Below are positions 12,286 through 26,392 of a stretch of DNA of 54,616 nt, piece after piece; position 1 is the stretch's first letter; each line of letters starts with the position of its first letter. The position numbers were made by a program, and so were the translations under genes. A model generated the notes under the pieces. It did no database searches. It was not told where the DNA came from and saw nothing but the letters and a program-made list of their open reading frames with translations. The stretch comes from Tubiluchus corallicola (Eukaryota > Animalia > Priapulida). The stretch lies in assembly GCA_030141605.1 (NCBI GenBank), contig JAQGDQ010001215.1, positions 1 through 54,616 of the forward strand. The letters run 5' to 3'.

Positions 12286-13019
12286 GTAAACAAGCGTGGA
12301 GAAAGTGTAATAAAAATTAAAAGGCTGTGTGCACGTCATGCGCTAAATACAAGTCCAACAGTCTTTTAGATGTAATTTATGATTTTTTATTGTCCAAAAT
12401 GGGCAATCATCGTCTCATCCCAAAATAACTATCACATCATGACATATTTGACTGACTGACTGACTGACATATTATGTGCGTCTCGACTTCATTTTATCTG
12501 AAGCAAATAAAAACATTTTCTGCTAATCCAATTTCAAAAAGATAATTAACTGCTATAATAAAAATGTATAATAAAATTACGAAATATGAAGAAATCAAAC
12601 TTGCATCTTTGCCGCATCTTACTAACTTGCTAAAGACAACTCGACTGACTAACTAACTTACTAACTTGCTAAAGAGAACTCGACTGACAAAATTTTGTGA
12701 TAAAACGACACGACGTACTGAACAAGAATGACTTCTTTCCTATCCTGTCTGTAAAATGAGGCCAATGGCCTGTTTCCTGTCCTAGCTCACCTGTCTATCA
12801 ACAGCCTAAATTTGCAAAAAACAAACACAAGGAGGCACCACGTGCTTATATCCAAAACAGGCTGTGAGATAAACTGTATGGTGAAAGATGTCGGCGCATT
12901 AGTGCAAAAAACACGAGTTGAATTCGAACGCGTTGGGGGAATGAAATCATTTACGTCTTACGAACAGTTATGGTGGATAATACAAATTTGTCACCTTTAG
13001 AAATCAGCGTTTTTACGGT

Positions 13020-13160
13020 TTCGTTGTGCGCATGCGCAGTTGCTGTAGGTCAAAGGTTAAGTATACCACAGCAACGCGTCCCAACAGCCGTCACGTGACG
13101 TGTGCGTAAAGCAAAGGCGTCTTGGGCACCAGTTCAGTAACTTCAGTTGTTTTACGTGGA
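13020..13160. repeat. Dispersed repeat fragment, also at about 26548-26690
   Basis: GTTGTGCGCATGCG(C/T)AGTTGCTGTAGGT(C/G)AAAGGTTAAGT(A/G)TACCACAGCAACGCGT...CAGTTCAGTAA is shared. Confidence 0.75.
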
Positions 13161-13169
13161 CTTTACTTA

Positions 13170-13625
13170 ATTATTTATTCATTTTTCATTCATTCGTTTG
13201 TTCGCTTATTCGTTCGTTTATTAATTCTTTTATTCATTCATTCACTTATTTATTTATTACTTCATTTCTTCAACCATTTATTTATTTGTTCATTCGTTCA
13301 TTTATTCATTTATTCATTCATTCATTCATTCATTCATTCATTCATTCATTCATTCCTTTTATTCATTCATTCATTCATTCATTCATTCATTCATTCCTTC
13401 CTTCCTTTTATTCATTCATTCATTTATTCATTCATTAATTCATTCATTCATTCATTCATTCATTCATTCATTCATTCATTCATTCATTAATTCATTCATT
13501 AATTCATTTACTCATTCATTCATTTATTCATTCATTCATTCATTCATTCATTCATTCATTCATTCATTCATTTATTCATTCATTTATTCGTTCATTCAGT
13601 TTCGTTCGTTCATTCATTTATTTAT
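13170..13625. repeat. (ATTC)n intronic microsatellite
   Basis: Direct. Confidence 0.95.
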
Positions 13626-13786
13626 TTTTTTCATTATTTAACTTTAATTTGTTAGATATTATACGTAGATGTTCACATTAATTATTAGTTAATTAATTTA
13701 TTAAATAAATAAATACCTAAGCCGTGTTACTACGATTGACACACAAGTTAGAAAAACAACTAAATCACAAAATTATTTCTTCTTAG

Positions 13787-16700
13787 GGCATCATTGGTGC
13801 TTACGCTTTAGCCGGAGACGTACAAGAGGAAATGAAAGAGTTTCGCGACCGAATCACAAAACTGTCCGTGATCGTACACGAAGACTTGCAGACGAAGAAA
13901 TACGATGAAATACCACAGTTTGCCAACGACATGGAAGAATTTCTGAAAAAGTGTTTCGCCGTCGTACTGGAGTGCATGCTAAAGTCAACTTCTAGCAAGA
14001 GAGAAAAACTATGGAACATAGTCATGGCTCACAGCCACAAGGAAGAAATCTCCAGACTTTACGACGAACTGGAGAGGCTACAGCAGGATTATGGCTTTGC
14101 CCAGCAAGTGTCAATGACTAGGTCTTTAGCCAATCTGCTAGAAGCTCAGGAAAGACAAAGGAGGACTGGTCTTGTCGAAACGTTGAGACAATATCACGTA
14201 GGTTTTCTCAGATACTACAACGATGATGCTGCTGATTACGAGGAACAAACAGAGATGTTATCCAAACTTGACACGTGGTTTAACAGAGAGGAAAACTCCT
14301 GTGAAACTGGACGAGTTTTCCTGTTATCTGCTGAACAAGGATCTGGCAAGACCATGCTGGCTGCAGCGACCTGTAGACATTTCCGCTCAAACATTCTCCA
14401 CGCTTTCTTCTTCGAGTATTCCGATGTCCGACGTAGCAGCTTGAAATCCATGATACTCAGCGTGGCATTTCAGTTGTACCAAATGTTTGAAGAAAAATAC
14501 ATAAGTCTCCTTCCCGGAAATTGTCTAGATAATGCGGAAACAATTAGTTTCGAATTCCTGCGGGACAATCTCGTCACCAACCATCTAGAGGATTTGAACA
14601 AGTTGTCTGATAGAAACATGTTGCTTGTGTTAGACGGTGCCGATGAGTGTGACTTTGAGGATCACAGACAACTGTCAAATTTCATCAAAACGTTTAATGA
14701 AAAAGCACCAAGTTGGTTGTACCTCTTTGTGACAACCAGACCTATTCCCACACATGTTGACCACTTTAAAATTCCCGGAGGTGGGTACAACTTAACAGAA
14801 GGTATTGTGGGAAATGGGGAAACCTTAAAGAAGTATGTAAATCGAGAATTATCAAAGCTGGGAGAAACAAACGATGGAACAAAAGAAGTTGCTGAAGTGT
14901 TATGTAATAATAGTGTAAACTTTCGGTACGCTCAGTGTGTCCTGAAAGAGGTGCACAAACAACACCAGAATGAGAAGGTGACCGTATCGCATATAGAATC
15001 CGTGACAAAAAACCTGCCTTCTCTTTCCGAATTTTATGGGGCTGATTTTCAAATGTTAAAAGATAAAGTGAACGACGTTACCAAATTCAGGAAATTATTA
15101 GCCATTCTTGTTGCAGCCCGGGAACCTCTGAGTCTGTCCTTCTTCAATTACTACATCGGCACGTTGAATTTAGCCGAAGAGACAGAAGAACTCTTCTCCA
15201 TCATTGCCCGACATGTCACTGTTAAGTATGATGAAATTCAATTCAGTCACAAATCTGTTCGGGATTGGTTGATTGAATTTGACAACCAAAATTCCATGAA
15301 CATAGTGAAAGATGGTCATTTGGAATTTAGTAAACTATGCGTAACCGTTCTCGATGCTTTGCTCCGTGACACTCATGTGGCATGTCCTGCAGTTCTTGAT
15401 TATGCCATGAACCACGCAACTTATCATTACGTTGAGGTGGATGGGTTCCAGAAAAATTTGAGAGAAGTGCTTTGCAGTCTAAAGTACATTGAGAGAAAGC
15501 TGCAGCTACCGCGTCCCAATATGGCGGCAACGCTTTTGAAAGATTACTACCATGAGCACGTGTCTGAAGCTACGAAGACAAAAGTGAGTTTACAATGTTA
15601 CTTGAAGCACCAGAAGGATAGGCAATTGATACAAGCTTACAGAAAGTTTATAGCCACAAATGCAGCACCAATTCAGCAGTGTCCACATCTTGTTTATCAA
15701 TATGCCGCAAACTATCCCATCGAAGTAGACGATCTCTCGAAACAGGCCAATCAATGGATTGAAAATAACCAGGTTTGGACTCAGGTGCTGCGTGATCCTC
15801 AAAAACTACCAATCTTACAGACGTCATTGCCTGACTACGTTTGGGCAATGGATGTGAGTTCACAAAAGAAGCTTTTAGTTTGTCTGACATCAGATGTGAA
15901 TGACTATGAAACTGTGAATGACGGTGGTGCAAAGTTACATGTACTTGATCTAGAGGGTTTAACTATGACGCACTCTCTTGATCTTGATAACTATTTACAA
16001 GCACCAGTCACGAAGTGGAAGTATTTCAAATATTTTAGTCATTGCAAAGTCTTTCTTAAACACGAGGAGCCATTTCTGGTTTTTGGATCTCGTAGATATT
16101 TAGCTCACGTTCATCAAAATCAACTTTTGATTGAAGAGTCGAATCTTCACTCGCAAGGTGATACCAATGAACTTGTTACATGCTGTGATGTTATTGCTAA
16201 TCTGGTTGTGTTTGGACTAACTGAACTGAACAGAAACATGGATTCTGTGCCAACAGATGTGGGGGAAGATGCCAAGTCTTACTTTGTTGTGCAGGACATC
16301 GACAGTGGGAACGTCTTGCGAACATTCAGTCACGAAAGTGGAATGGCTACTTGTTGTAAATTCAGTGAAAATGGAAGATCAATTTTGAGTTACAGCCAAG
16401 GTGACGATGTCATTAAAACCTGGGACGTAGATCATGGTGAACAAGAGGAAGCAACAGCACAAGTCAAGAAATCAAATTGTATAAAATTTGACATCTTAGA
16501 CGATCAAAGCTTGGTATATCAACGTGTTGATGAAAACTGTAACACTGAGCTATTCATAGTGAATGATGGTTCTGAGAAGGAAATTAGAAAAGACGGACAA
16601 TATGATACGAACCAGATTATTGGTTTGACTTATATTCCTTCCATAGGGCGTATAGCAGTGTTAGAACCTGGTGATGATAGATGGGAGACCAGGTCAGTCA

Positions 16701-17602
16701 AAGTTTCTCTGGTCAATCCTTGGTCAACTGATCTTCAACATACTGAATGCGTTCTGGATGATAGTAACCAACATTACATGGCTTATTTAGGAGGTGCTCT
16801 GTGCATCACTCATACAAAGAATTCTGACTCTGTCACTTGCCTAATCTACGGTGTGGGAAGGAACATCAGTGCTTATGCACTAGGTGACGGTGCTGTCACA
16901 TCAACAGAGACAGGCAAATCGTGTAAAAAAGACAAATTTTACAATTGTGTATTCACACACGATTCTCAGGCTTTGATTTTGCAGACGATCGACAAATCGC
17001 AGTGCAAGATGCAACTAGAATTGATTGATGCTGCAAGCGGAAAGAGCCAGCGGTCATCTGAACTGGTCGACACCGTAGAAATGACCGATGCAAACTTCAA
17101 CGTTTTTACCTTGCCTCCTGTTGCATCCTCTGATGGTACGAAGGTGTTAGCCGATTCTGGACGAACGAAAATTAAAGTTGGCCGCAGCAAGTTATATGTG
17201 TGGTTCGTAAAAGAGAACAAAGTAGTAAAATTGAATAATCTTAGTATAGAAGATGGTAATCACCATGCAAAGAGTTTCTGTTTCTCGCCAGATGGCAGCA
17301 CCATACTGGTATCCTACAGACAGTTTGACATGGACAGTATCGACGTATTCAATGCTGAATCTGCTGAGTTTGTAAAGACTTACAATGGTAGAGGAACCTA
17401 CACACTCTACACTGAAGACAACAGTAAGCAGATTGCTACTTATGATGATAAAGGCAAGTTGTCTGTATGGAACTGGGACACAGGGTCGCTTGTAGAAAGC
17501 GCACCTAGTGTCGAAGTGGTTAAGAGAGGAGTTACAAACAGGGACAAGATTCAGATGCCGAGTGTTGTCCATCGTGGAGCAGGAAAAGTTGCTTTGTTGC
17601 AG
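13787..17602 (+). CDS. NLR/STAND gene main exon (3816 bp): helical bundle + NACHT NTPase + helical region + WD40 repeats (NWD/HET-E-like architecture)
   Basis: Acceptor TTTCTTCTTAG|GGC and donor CAG|GTAAAA. Walker A VFLLSAEQGSGKT; Walker B LLVLDGADEC; sensor LFVTTRP; winged-helix motif FSHKSVRDWL; YAMNHATYH. WD-like segments CCKFSENGRSILSYSQGDDVIKTWD, FCFSPDGSTILVS and GKLSVWNWDTG. Confidence 0.92.
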
Positions 17603-17682
17603 GTAAAAAACTCAAAATCAGTTTCGCAGTGTAATTGACTTGCCCATATATTGTAGTGTCACGTTAGTATGAAGTCCAGCAC

Positions 17683-18210
17683 GTTTAATGTTTGCAGATG
17701 ACGTTGCCTTGATGGCTTTTTGAATGCTTTCTCAGAAACGTAGCATTAAATTACGATTACGAACTATAATAGACAAAATTAATTTAAAAAAAAGAAAGAA
17801 AAACGGACAAACAAACAATACAGAAAATCAGTAAAGTGAACAAATTAACAAATGACTAAGAAATGTTTATAATGTTTATTATATACAAATTTATTTAGAA
17901 ATTTGTATATAATGGTGTAAATGAGGAGATAAATAAAAATGTCTATGTCTATGTCTATGTCTATGTCTATGTCTATGTCTATGTCTATGTCTATGTCTAT
18001 GTCTATGTCTATGTCTATGTCTATGTCTATGTTTAATGTTTGCAGATGATGTTGTCCTTATGGCATTTTGAATTTTTCTCAGAAACGTAGCATTACATTA
18101 CGATTACGAACTAAAATAGACAAAATTAATTTGGAACAAGAAAGAAAGACGGACAGACAAACAATACAGAAAATCAAATTAACACAAATTAACAAATGAC
18201 TAAGAAATGA
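17683..18210. repeat. Intronic ~180-bp direct duplication flanking an AATAAA-(GTCTAT)n tract
   Basis: 17683-17864 matches 18031-18209; (GTCTAT)n at 17941-18030 is preceded by AATAAA, like a retroposon tail. Confidence 0.8.
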
Positions 18211-18946
18211 CCAAATGATAGATTAAATTAGTGAACAAACAACCAAAGGACTGGACAATTGACATCGAATACGGTATATGAATAAGAAAATGAGAAAGCA
18301 ATGAAAAGAAGGAAAGAAGGAGTGAACAGACGAATGAGGGAGCGAATGAACAGACAAACGGATGAATGACTAACGAGGAATGTTTACATTTGAGAGACAT
18401 GTAGTGAGTGAGCGAATAATGAATAATGAGCGAACGAGTAAAAGATTGGAAGTGAATCAGTCTGTGAAAAAATATTTCTAGGTGATCGAGCAAGTATGTG
18501 CTGGAGAGAGTGAATGAATAACAGGCTGCTGAAAAAGTGGAGTTTTAAAAGCTAACCTGCAATTCAAAAATTTAAAAAGAAATACAGAGCAATGATTCTC
18601 AACAAGTACAACACTTTATAATTTCCTACACCTACTACAGCAGTCATACCACAATCCTGGTACAGATGATGCAAAACAAGGCTTTCTTCCTACCATTTCC
18701 ACTAACACATCCTTCTACCCTTCCTGTGTGATCTAACCTTTCTCCCAGTTCTTTTTTTTGTTCACTCATCCATTCTTTTTTTATCGGGTTCACATGACAG
18801 TGGGCTTATACAAGCCTTTGCTCCTCTAGCCCACTGCAGTACAATTATTCTTTTATGATAACGATAGCGTATGAAACATAGGAATTTGATATAGTATGAC
18901 GTAATAATTTTGATGTCACTGTGTGCTTCATATTGTACTGAATGTG

Positions 18947-19046
<100 letters not shown>

Positions 19047-19066
19047 TCAATTTATTATGCTTGCAG

Positions 19067-19576
19067 GTTGATCGTAGACACATTCGCATGTTGCTGTTCG
19101 ACATCTCTAAGCAGACAGTTGAGGAACTACCCGAAGAGGAGGTAGAGGACACAGATGTCGAGTACCTCTACCCCTACAAGTACGTTCTGTCTTTCTCGGC
19201 CGATAGAGACGGTTCCCTGCTCGCTACGAGCCTAGTAACTGGTAGCGTCACCTTGTGGAACACTCGCACACTAGCGAAACGCGTTATTTTCAACGCTGAT
19301 GTTCAGATTTTGTCGACAGGTGCGTGGGTGACCACAACTCACTTACTCTTGCTACAGGACGCTCAGAATGACTCCAGCTTTCAGATAATACAACTCGAAG
19401 ATGGTGTGATAGAGAATTACGTCACGGTGACACGAGACGCTAGCGCCATCTTGTCAGACGATAAAAAGACTCTAGCAGCAGTGAAAAGGAATGTGGGACT
19501 CGCGCTGTACAGAATTCATGGTTACGAAACAAAGAAATTCACTGCCACATCTCAGTACATTTTTTCATTGAAATAA
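19067..19576 (+). CDS. NLR/STAND gene last exon (C-terminal WD40 repeats)
   Basis: Acceptor TGCTTGCAG|GTT in phase 0 matches the 17602 donor. WD repeat LSFSADRDGSLLATSLVTGSVTLWNT; stop TAA at 19574-19576. Confidence 0.88.
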   Translation, partial: VDRRHIRMLLFDISKQTVEELPEEEVEDTDVEYLYPYKYVLSFSADRDGSLLATSLVTGSVTLWNTRTLAKRVIFNADVQILSTGAWVTTTHLLLLQDAQNDSSFQIIQLEDGVIENYVTVTRDASAILSDDKKTLAAVKRNVGLALYRIHGYETKKFTATSQYIFSLK

Positions 19577-19669
19577 GACTATAAATAACTTGCTTAGTCT
19601 AAACAAAACGTAAAAATGACTGCAAAAGTGTATCCCCCATTCCTGAGTGAATAAGTCGACCCGAACCAC

Positions 19670-19918
19670 TTCCTGCAAATGGCACACAAAGACGGTGTGA
19701 TAGAGAATTACGTCACGGTGACACGTGACGCTAGCGCCATCTTGTATCGTTGATAGTGTAACCCTCATTCCTGAGTGACGCGTCACTTCTTGCAAATGGC
19801 ACACAAAGACGGTGTGATAGAGAATTACGTCACGGTGACACGTGACGCTAGCGCCATCTTGTATCGTTCATAGTGTAACCCTCATTCCTGAGTGACCTGC
19901 AAATGGCACACAAAGATG
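19670..19918 (+). repeat. About 118-bp tandem repeat containing a copy of last-exon coding sequence
   Basis: GACGGTGTGATAGAGAATTACGTCACGGTGACACGTGACGCTAGCGCCATCTTGT at about 19691 and 19808 matches coding 19400-19454. Confidence 0.85.
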
Positions 19919-20330
19919 GGAAGGACAATAAAAAGTGGAAAGTCTTATGTGTGCAGCTTTAGGGAAGACGAAAAAGCAGTTATTTAGTATGTGCAAACAG
20001 TCAGCTAAAACGGTATTAATATTTAGCTGTTTCAATTTATCAAAATTGGCATAAATTAAGGCATCTTCGGTTTCATTATTAGTGTGCTGATATAGGTGCT
20101 AGTAAAAAAGGTAAAACTATAATTTTTACTCTTTGTAATTGTCTTTGCAATTGGTAAGCAGAATAATAACTGGTTTTTCATTTTGACTTTCTCGGCTTTA
20201 TATGAGTAAGATTTGATGATTGCCTTTCTCATTAAGTTCCAACAAGTTGAACTACACAAGTTGAACTTGTGTTTGCAAAGATTCCGTCTCGTCTGCAGCT
20301 TTTTCTCCAAGTCTGTGTCCTTGCCTCTCC

Positions 20331-20720
<390 letters not shown>

Positions 20721-21764
20721 TCTACCTCTCTCACAATTTCTTTTTTGCTTACCTTTTGCCCTATCTCGTGACGAATCCCAGAAGATGAGTGTAATTAACT
20801 GAATTTTCATATGTTAGCGCGTAAGGGGGGGGGGGCGTGACCACTCGCAGATTAATTATCAACCCGACTTCCGCCAAGACGCTAGATTACGGCTTATAGG
20901 ACAAGAAAAGGGGTACCTGAAGTAGGTTTCAGAAAAATCGCCTTAAGAAATTATACTACTTTATAGCAATTTTATGCGTATATCATATTCGCATTGAAAG
21001 GAATTTTAGTTTGTTTTCATTTTAAATCTCCCGCAATGCTGTTCCGAAGTCGCCATTACATGACGTCATATACGCGCAAAATAAATCAAGGGAAGAAAAG
21101 GGAATGTTAAATTATGTCCCAAAAGACTTTCCTTGCAAATCTATATTACCTAGATTTTCGCTTACCTGCTAGAAAGACTTATGTAACTAGAAAAGAAAAT
21201 TACTAATTATTTAAAATATTTTCACCAATTGGTAAAATGTCGCTGACTCACCCTCCAGTTTGCACCACCCACTTACCAAAATATGTATTTTTAATCTTAC
21301 TGACAAGATACAGTAATTTAAAATTTTATTTAGTTAGTAACTTGAGTGCTACGAATGCTCTGATTATTTTTTCAAACTTTACAAAATGTTATCTAACCTT
21401 GTTTCAAATGACCTGTCGTGAGAATGGCTGCGTCCAACGGTCATCGCGGGAGTTTAAATTTACATGTTTTATACAGCGTTACTGCCGATTGAAGTCCTGC
21501 ACACAAAAAGGCAGTACGTAAGCGATATAAAATTTCAAAACGAATTTTTCAAGTTTTATGTTTACGAAGGATTTTCTTATGCTTTAAGTAAACTGCGCAT
21601 AATGTTCAACATAGTTTTTTTTACTAATAACACAAAACATTATCAGTTAAGAGTGTGATGACGTCTAAATGATGTCGCGTTGTTTATCTGTTCAACTCAT
21701 TAATCTTCTTCGTTTCAAAGTTTTTAATAGGTTCATTAACAAGCCCATAAATTAGCATATTATA

Positions 21765-22520
21765 TGTATGTATGTAGTTTATTGACTAAAACAAGTTACA
21801 TGTATACACGAGGAACGAGGTAAATGCCACAATCGATGCATTAGTGATTTTAGTCCAGATTGTCACTTTACGTACATTTCCTACTCAAGATTATAGCATT
21901 AAAAACAGTGTTATGCATACAAGGTACATCAGCATGAAAATTGTAAAATTTCATAACGTATTATATAACAATTAGTGTGCTCAAAGAAGTGAGTTAAATC
22001 AGCAAAGTTTACATTGTCGTAGCGGTTTCTAATATTTGATGTTAGGGGGCGTGTCTGTATAACGTGTTTCTCAGTTTGAATGTCCCCACAAGGACATAAA
22101 CTATTCTCCCTTGGCTGTCTCGCCCATCAACCCGTTTCTATCCGCAGCCTCTGTGATTGAAGACGTATTCTTGTGAAGCTTATCCGATGATGCTCAAATA
22201 TTGTCGATTCAAAACGAGGAGTTTCGAGACCGGGGTTCAATTTCAAGTAGGTTACACAACGTGTAGAATTAAGCCGATTCCTTACGCGCTGTTCCAACAA
22301 AACTCTCTGCTGAGGTATATAGTCTGGCCGGTAATTCGCCTGAAGCTGGTCAAGACATCTAAGAAGTTTGCTGCCTGCATTCGTTGCTATGGCGACAGTT
22401 TTCATTAAAGGTTCGTGGCGAAAAGTATTTCTCATAAGTTTTGCCCATGTTTTCTGCTGCCTAGACCGTTGCCAAAATTATACGTATACACAATTAAACA
22501 AAGGAAGCAAAGTTATTCCT
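21765..22520 (-). mobile_element. 5'-truncated non-LTR retrotransposon (LINE): ORF2 C-terminus and 3' tail
   Basis: Minus frame FTRIRLQSQRLRIETG*WARQPRENSLCPCGDIQTEKHVIQTRP is a decayed version of the C-terminal Cys/His knuckle region of LINE ORF2. It ends in AATAAA plus (TACA)n near 21765-21782. Confidence 0.8.
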
Positions 22521-23148
22521 GTGTATATTTCTCTGTCACTTGAATCACGACTTTTAGTGTGAATTCTCGCGTCTGCGCGGTAGTCCAACAGCCGCTGTTC
22601 CTAGAAGCTGCGCACGCAGCCAGCTGATCAATATAGCAACATCCGCTGGACAACAGCAAGGAATCCCCTGCTTCAACATGGCGGCCTCTATGTGATATAC
22701 AGAGAGATGAGGAACGAGGGCCTGGATGCTGCAGCCATTGTGATTTAGAAGATGCAATTGCTGGGTCAACCGACTCGAAACGTAAGAAATCTGATGGTAA
22801 GAAATTCCCGTGTGACGTCAGTCACAAAATTAATGCTTTTAAAAATATGATTAAATCGATAGAGATTAATTATAAGTGCTATCATAATCAGACAATGTCC
22901 AAGTAGGCCTACTTTCGACTAAAATACATTTAGGCCTACTTTGAACTAAAATCCATTTAGGCCTACTTTTGTTTGCGTTGTGGTAAGAATGTTTTTGTAA
23001 TAATTTAACAAATCAGATCAGCACATCGTACGGGTCAATACAATGAGCCTAGATTTTTCAGTTTTCACAGGGTTAATCTTAACCCTTACTTGTCACTGTT
23101 GGAGAGCAAAAGTTTCCACACGTATATTGTTGAGCGTCATTTCATGCC

Positions 23149-23268
23149 TAGGACTACCGTAAGAGCTACTAGTCTGAGGTCAAGCAGCAGGACTACCGTA
23201 AGAGCTATTAGTCTGAGGTCAAGCAGCAGGACTACCGTAAGAGCTATTAGTCTGAGGTCAAGCAGCAG
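23149..23268. repeat. 39-bp tandem repeat, 3 copies
   Basis: AGGACTACCGTAAGAGCTATTAGTCTGAGGTCAAGCAGC. Confidence 0.9.
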
Positions 23269-23393
23269 CATTATTAAGACAAGGAAGTAGATTTGGTACC
23301 AGTTCATATTGTGAATAAAATTGAATACAGGGTATTTTTGAACGGAAGTTTGCCAGTAGGCCTACAGTTGTATGTGTAAATGTAGTGTAGCCA

Positions 23394-24045
<652 letters not shown>

Positions 24046-25240
24046 TCATGTACTGGTTTTCTCGTGCTCCGGTTTTCTCCTGTTCCGGTTTTCTCATGCT
24101 CCGGTTTTCTCCTGTTCCGGTTTTCTCATGCTCCGGTTTTCTCCTGTTCCTGTTTTCTCATGCTCCAATTTTCTCCTGTTCCGGTTTTCTCACGTTCCGG
24201 TTTTCTCCTGTTCCGGTTTTCTCACGTTCCGGTTTTCTCATGTTCCGGTTTTCTCATGTTCCGGTTTTCTCCTGTTCCAGTTTTCTCCTGTTCCGGTTTT
24301 CTCATGTTCCGGTTTTCTCCTGTTCCTGTTTTCTCACGTTCTGGTTTTCTCATGTTCCGGTTTTCTCATGTTCCGGTTTTCTCATGCTCCGGTTTTCTCC
24401 TGTTCCGGTTTTCTCATGCTCCGGTTTTCTCCTGTTCCGGTTTTCTCATGTTCCGGTTTTCTCCTGTTCCTGTTTTCTCACGTTCTGGTTTTCTCCTGTT
24501 CCTGTTTTCTCATGTTCCGGTTTTCTCCTGTTCCTGTTTTCTCAAGTTCTGGTTTTCTCATGTTCCGGTTTTTTCATGTTCCAGTTTTCTCATGTTCCGG
24601 TTTTCTCCTGTTCCGGTTTTCTCCTGTTCAGGTTTTCTCCTGTTCCAGTTTTCTCATGTTCTGGTTTTCTCATGTTCCGGTTTTCTCCTGTTCCGGTTTT
24701 CTCCTGTTCCGGTTTTCTCCTGTTCCAGTTTTCTCATGTTCCGGTTTTCTCATGCTCAGGTTTTCTCCTGTTCCAGTTTTCTCATGTTCCGGTTTTCTCC
24801 TGTTCCAGTTTTCTCCTGTTCCTGTTTTCTCATGTTCCGTTTTTCTCCTGTTCCTGTTTTCTCACGTTCTGGTTTTCTCATGTTCCAGTTTTCTCATGCT
24901 CAGGTTTTCTCCTGTTCCGGTTTTCTCCTGTTCCGGTTTTCTCATGTTCCGGTTTTCTCATGTTCCGGTTTTCTCCTGTTCCTGTTTTCTCATGTTCCGG
25001 TTTTCTCCTGTTCCGGTTTTCTCATGTTCCAGTTTTCTCATGCTCAGGTTTTCTCCTGTTCCGGTTTTCTCATGTTCCAGTTTTCTCATGCTCAGGTTTT
25101 CTCCTGTTCCGGTTTTCTCATGTTCCGGTTTTCTCCTGTTCCGGTTTTCTCATGTTCCGGTTTTCTCGTGTTCCTGTTTTCTCATGTTCCGGTTACCGCC
25201 TGTTCCTGTTTTCTCACGTTCTGGTTTTCTCATGTTCCGA
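24046..25240. repeat. 16-bp minisatellite (TCCGGTTTTCTC[C/A]TGT), about 75 copies
   Basis: Direct; nearly stop-free in all three plus frames, giving artefactual 396-648 aa ORFs. Confidence 0.95.
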
Positions 25241-26368
25241 AAGAAATCCAATGATTATGCATGCGTCAACGGGGACTTTTTGCTGGTGGGACAAAAAATA
25301 CTGACCACATGCGAATAATTTGAATCTTTATGATTCATTTTACATGCACACTCAAGCACTGAAAGTTAATCTTCGAGCATGCTTTACTTAATTGTATAGG
25401 GACAATGAAACATATAAAACTCGAAATGGAAGTAATTTTTAATCTGTCGTGCATGTCGGGGGGAGCCGGGGTTCAGTGCTTTAAAAACAGTTGATGCCCC
25501 GGGGGCATAATAACCAATAGGCAAAGCCTGGGGCGCCAAACTTTGAGGGGCGTCACATTTTAGAAAGAAATCATATTGTCCTTGGATGGAAAACGTATAT
25601 ACTTGCATACCCACGTAAAGGGCGCATTTTATAACGTACCACAGACAGTAACTGAGCACAGCTTCAATATAAGTGCCACATGACGAACAGGTGCAAGGTA
25701 TCACACAACAAGCAGTTGAGAAGCCTGCTTATCTATAAGCGCTGTGCAAATACATGTAATTAATAACGACCACGTAGAAATTAGGTCAATAGTGTTTCTA
25801 ATACACCACAAATAATTGTTTAATCAGCTCATTACATAAACCACCATAAATTCACAATAGAGATGGGAGGGACAGAACCATCAGCCTGGGGCATCGTAAA
25901 GTGTTGATTATGCTGTTACAGTGGCATTAGGGTAAATATGACCAATGGTGGGTCAATTTTGACCACTAGTGGGGCATTTTAAACTCATTTTCCACTAGTT
26001 GTAAATAAAAAAATCTCTGCTCGTTGTAAAACCCATAAAGGTTTCTTTGGTTTTAATTTGGCAACTAACTAACCCTCACAAAAGACGTTAGTTTTTAACC
26101 GTCGACTGGTTTAAGTGTAAACGCTACGTGCGGCGGCATCAAGCGGTCAAGCGGATGCACGGTGACCCGGTAGTGTCGACGTACGATGCCACGTGACACG
26201 CACGCTTTTGATTTTTGCTTAGCAGAAAGTTACCGCAACTTTCTGTTATTCACGACCATCAGTTGCCGCATGAATCGTACGTGACGGCGCTGTGTGAAAG
26301 CGCCCTTACTACTAACCACATTTTTACTATTTCAGATTGTATGTCTGTCTACGTTGTGATATTTAAAG

Positions 26369-26392
26369 ATGGCAGACGCTTCAGTGCCAGTG
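26369..26392 (+). CDS. Small alpha/beta protein gene, coding exon 1 (MADASVPV)
   Basis: Exon begins 26336 after CTAAC...TTTTTACTATTTCAG|. In-frame upstream TGA at 26357; Kozak-like AAGATGG; donor GTG|GTGAGC, phase 0. Confidence 0.65.

Noticed and set aside
14223-17572. Short alternative-frame and antisense ORFs within the NLR main exon
   Set aside because: Shadow ORFs of the real coding exon.
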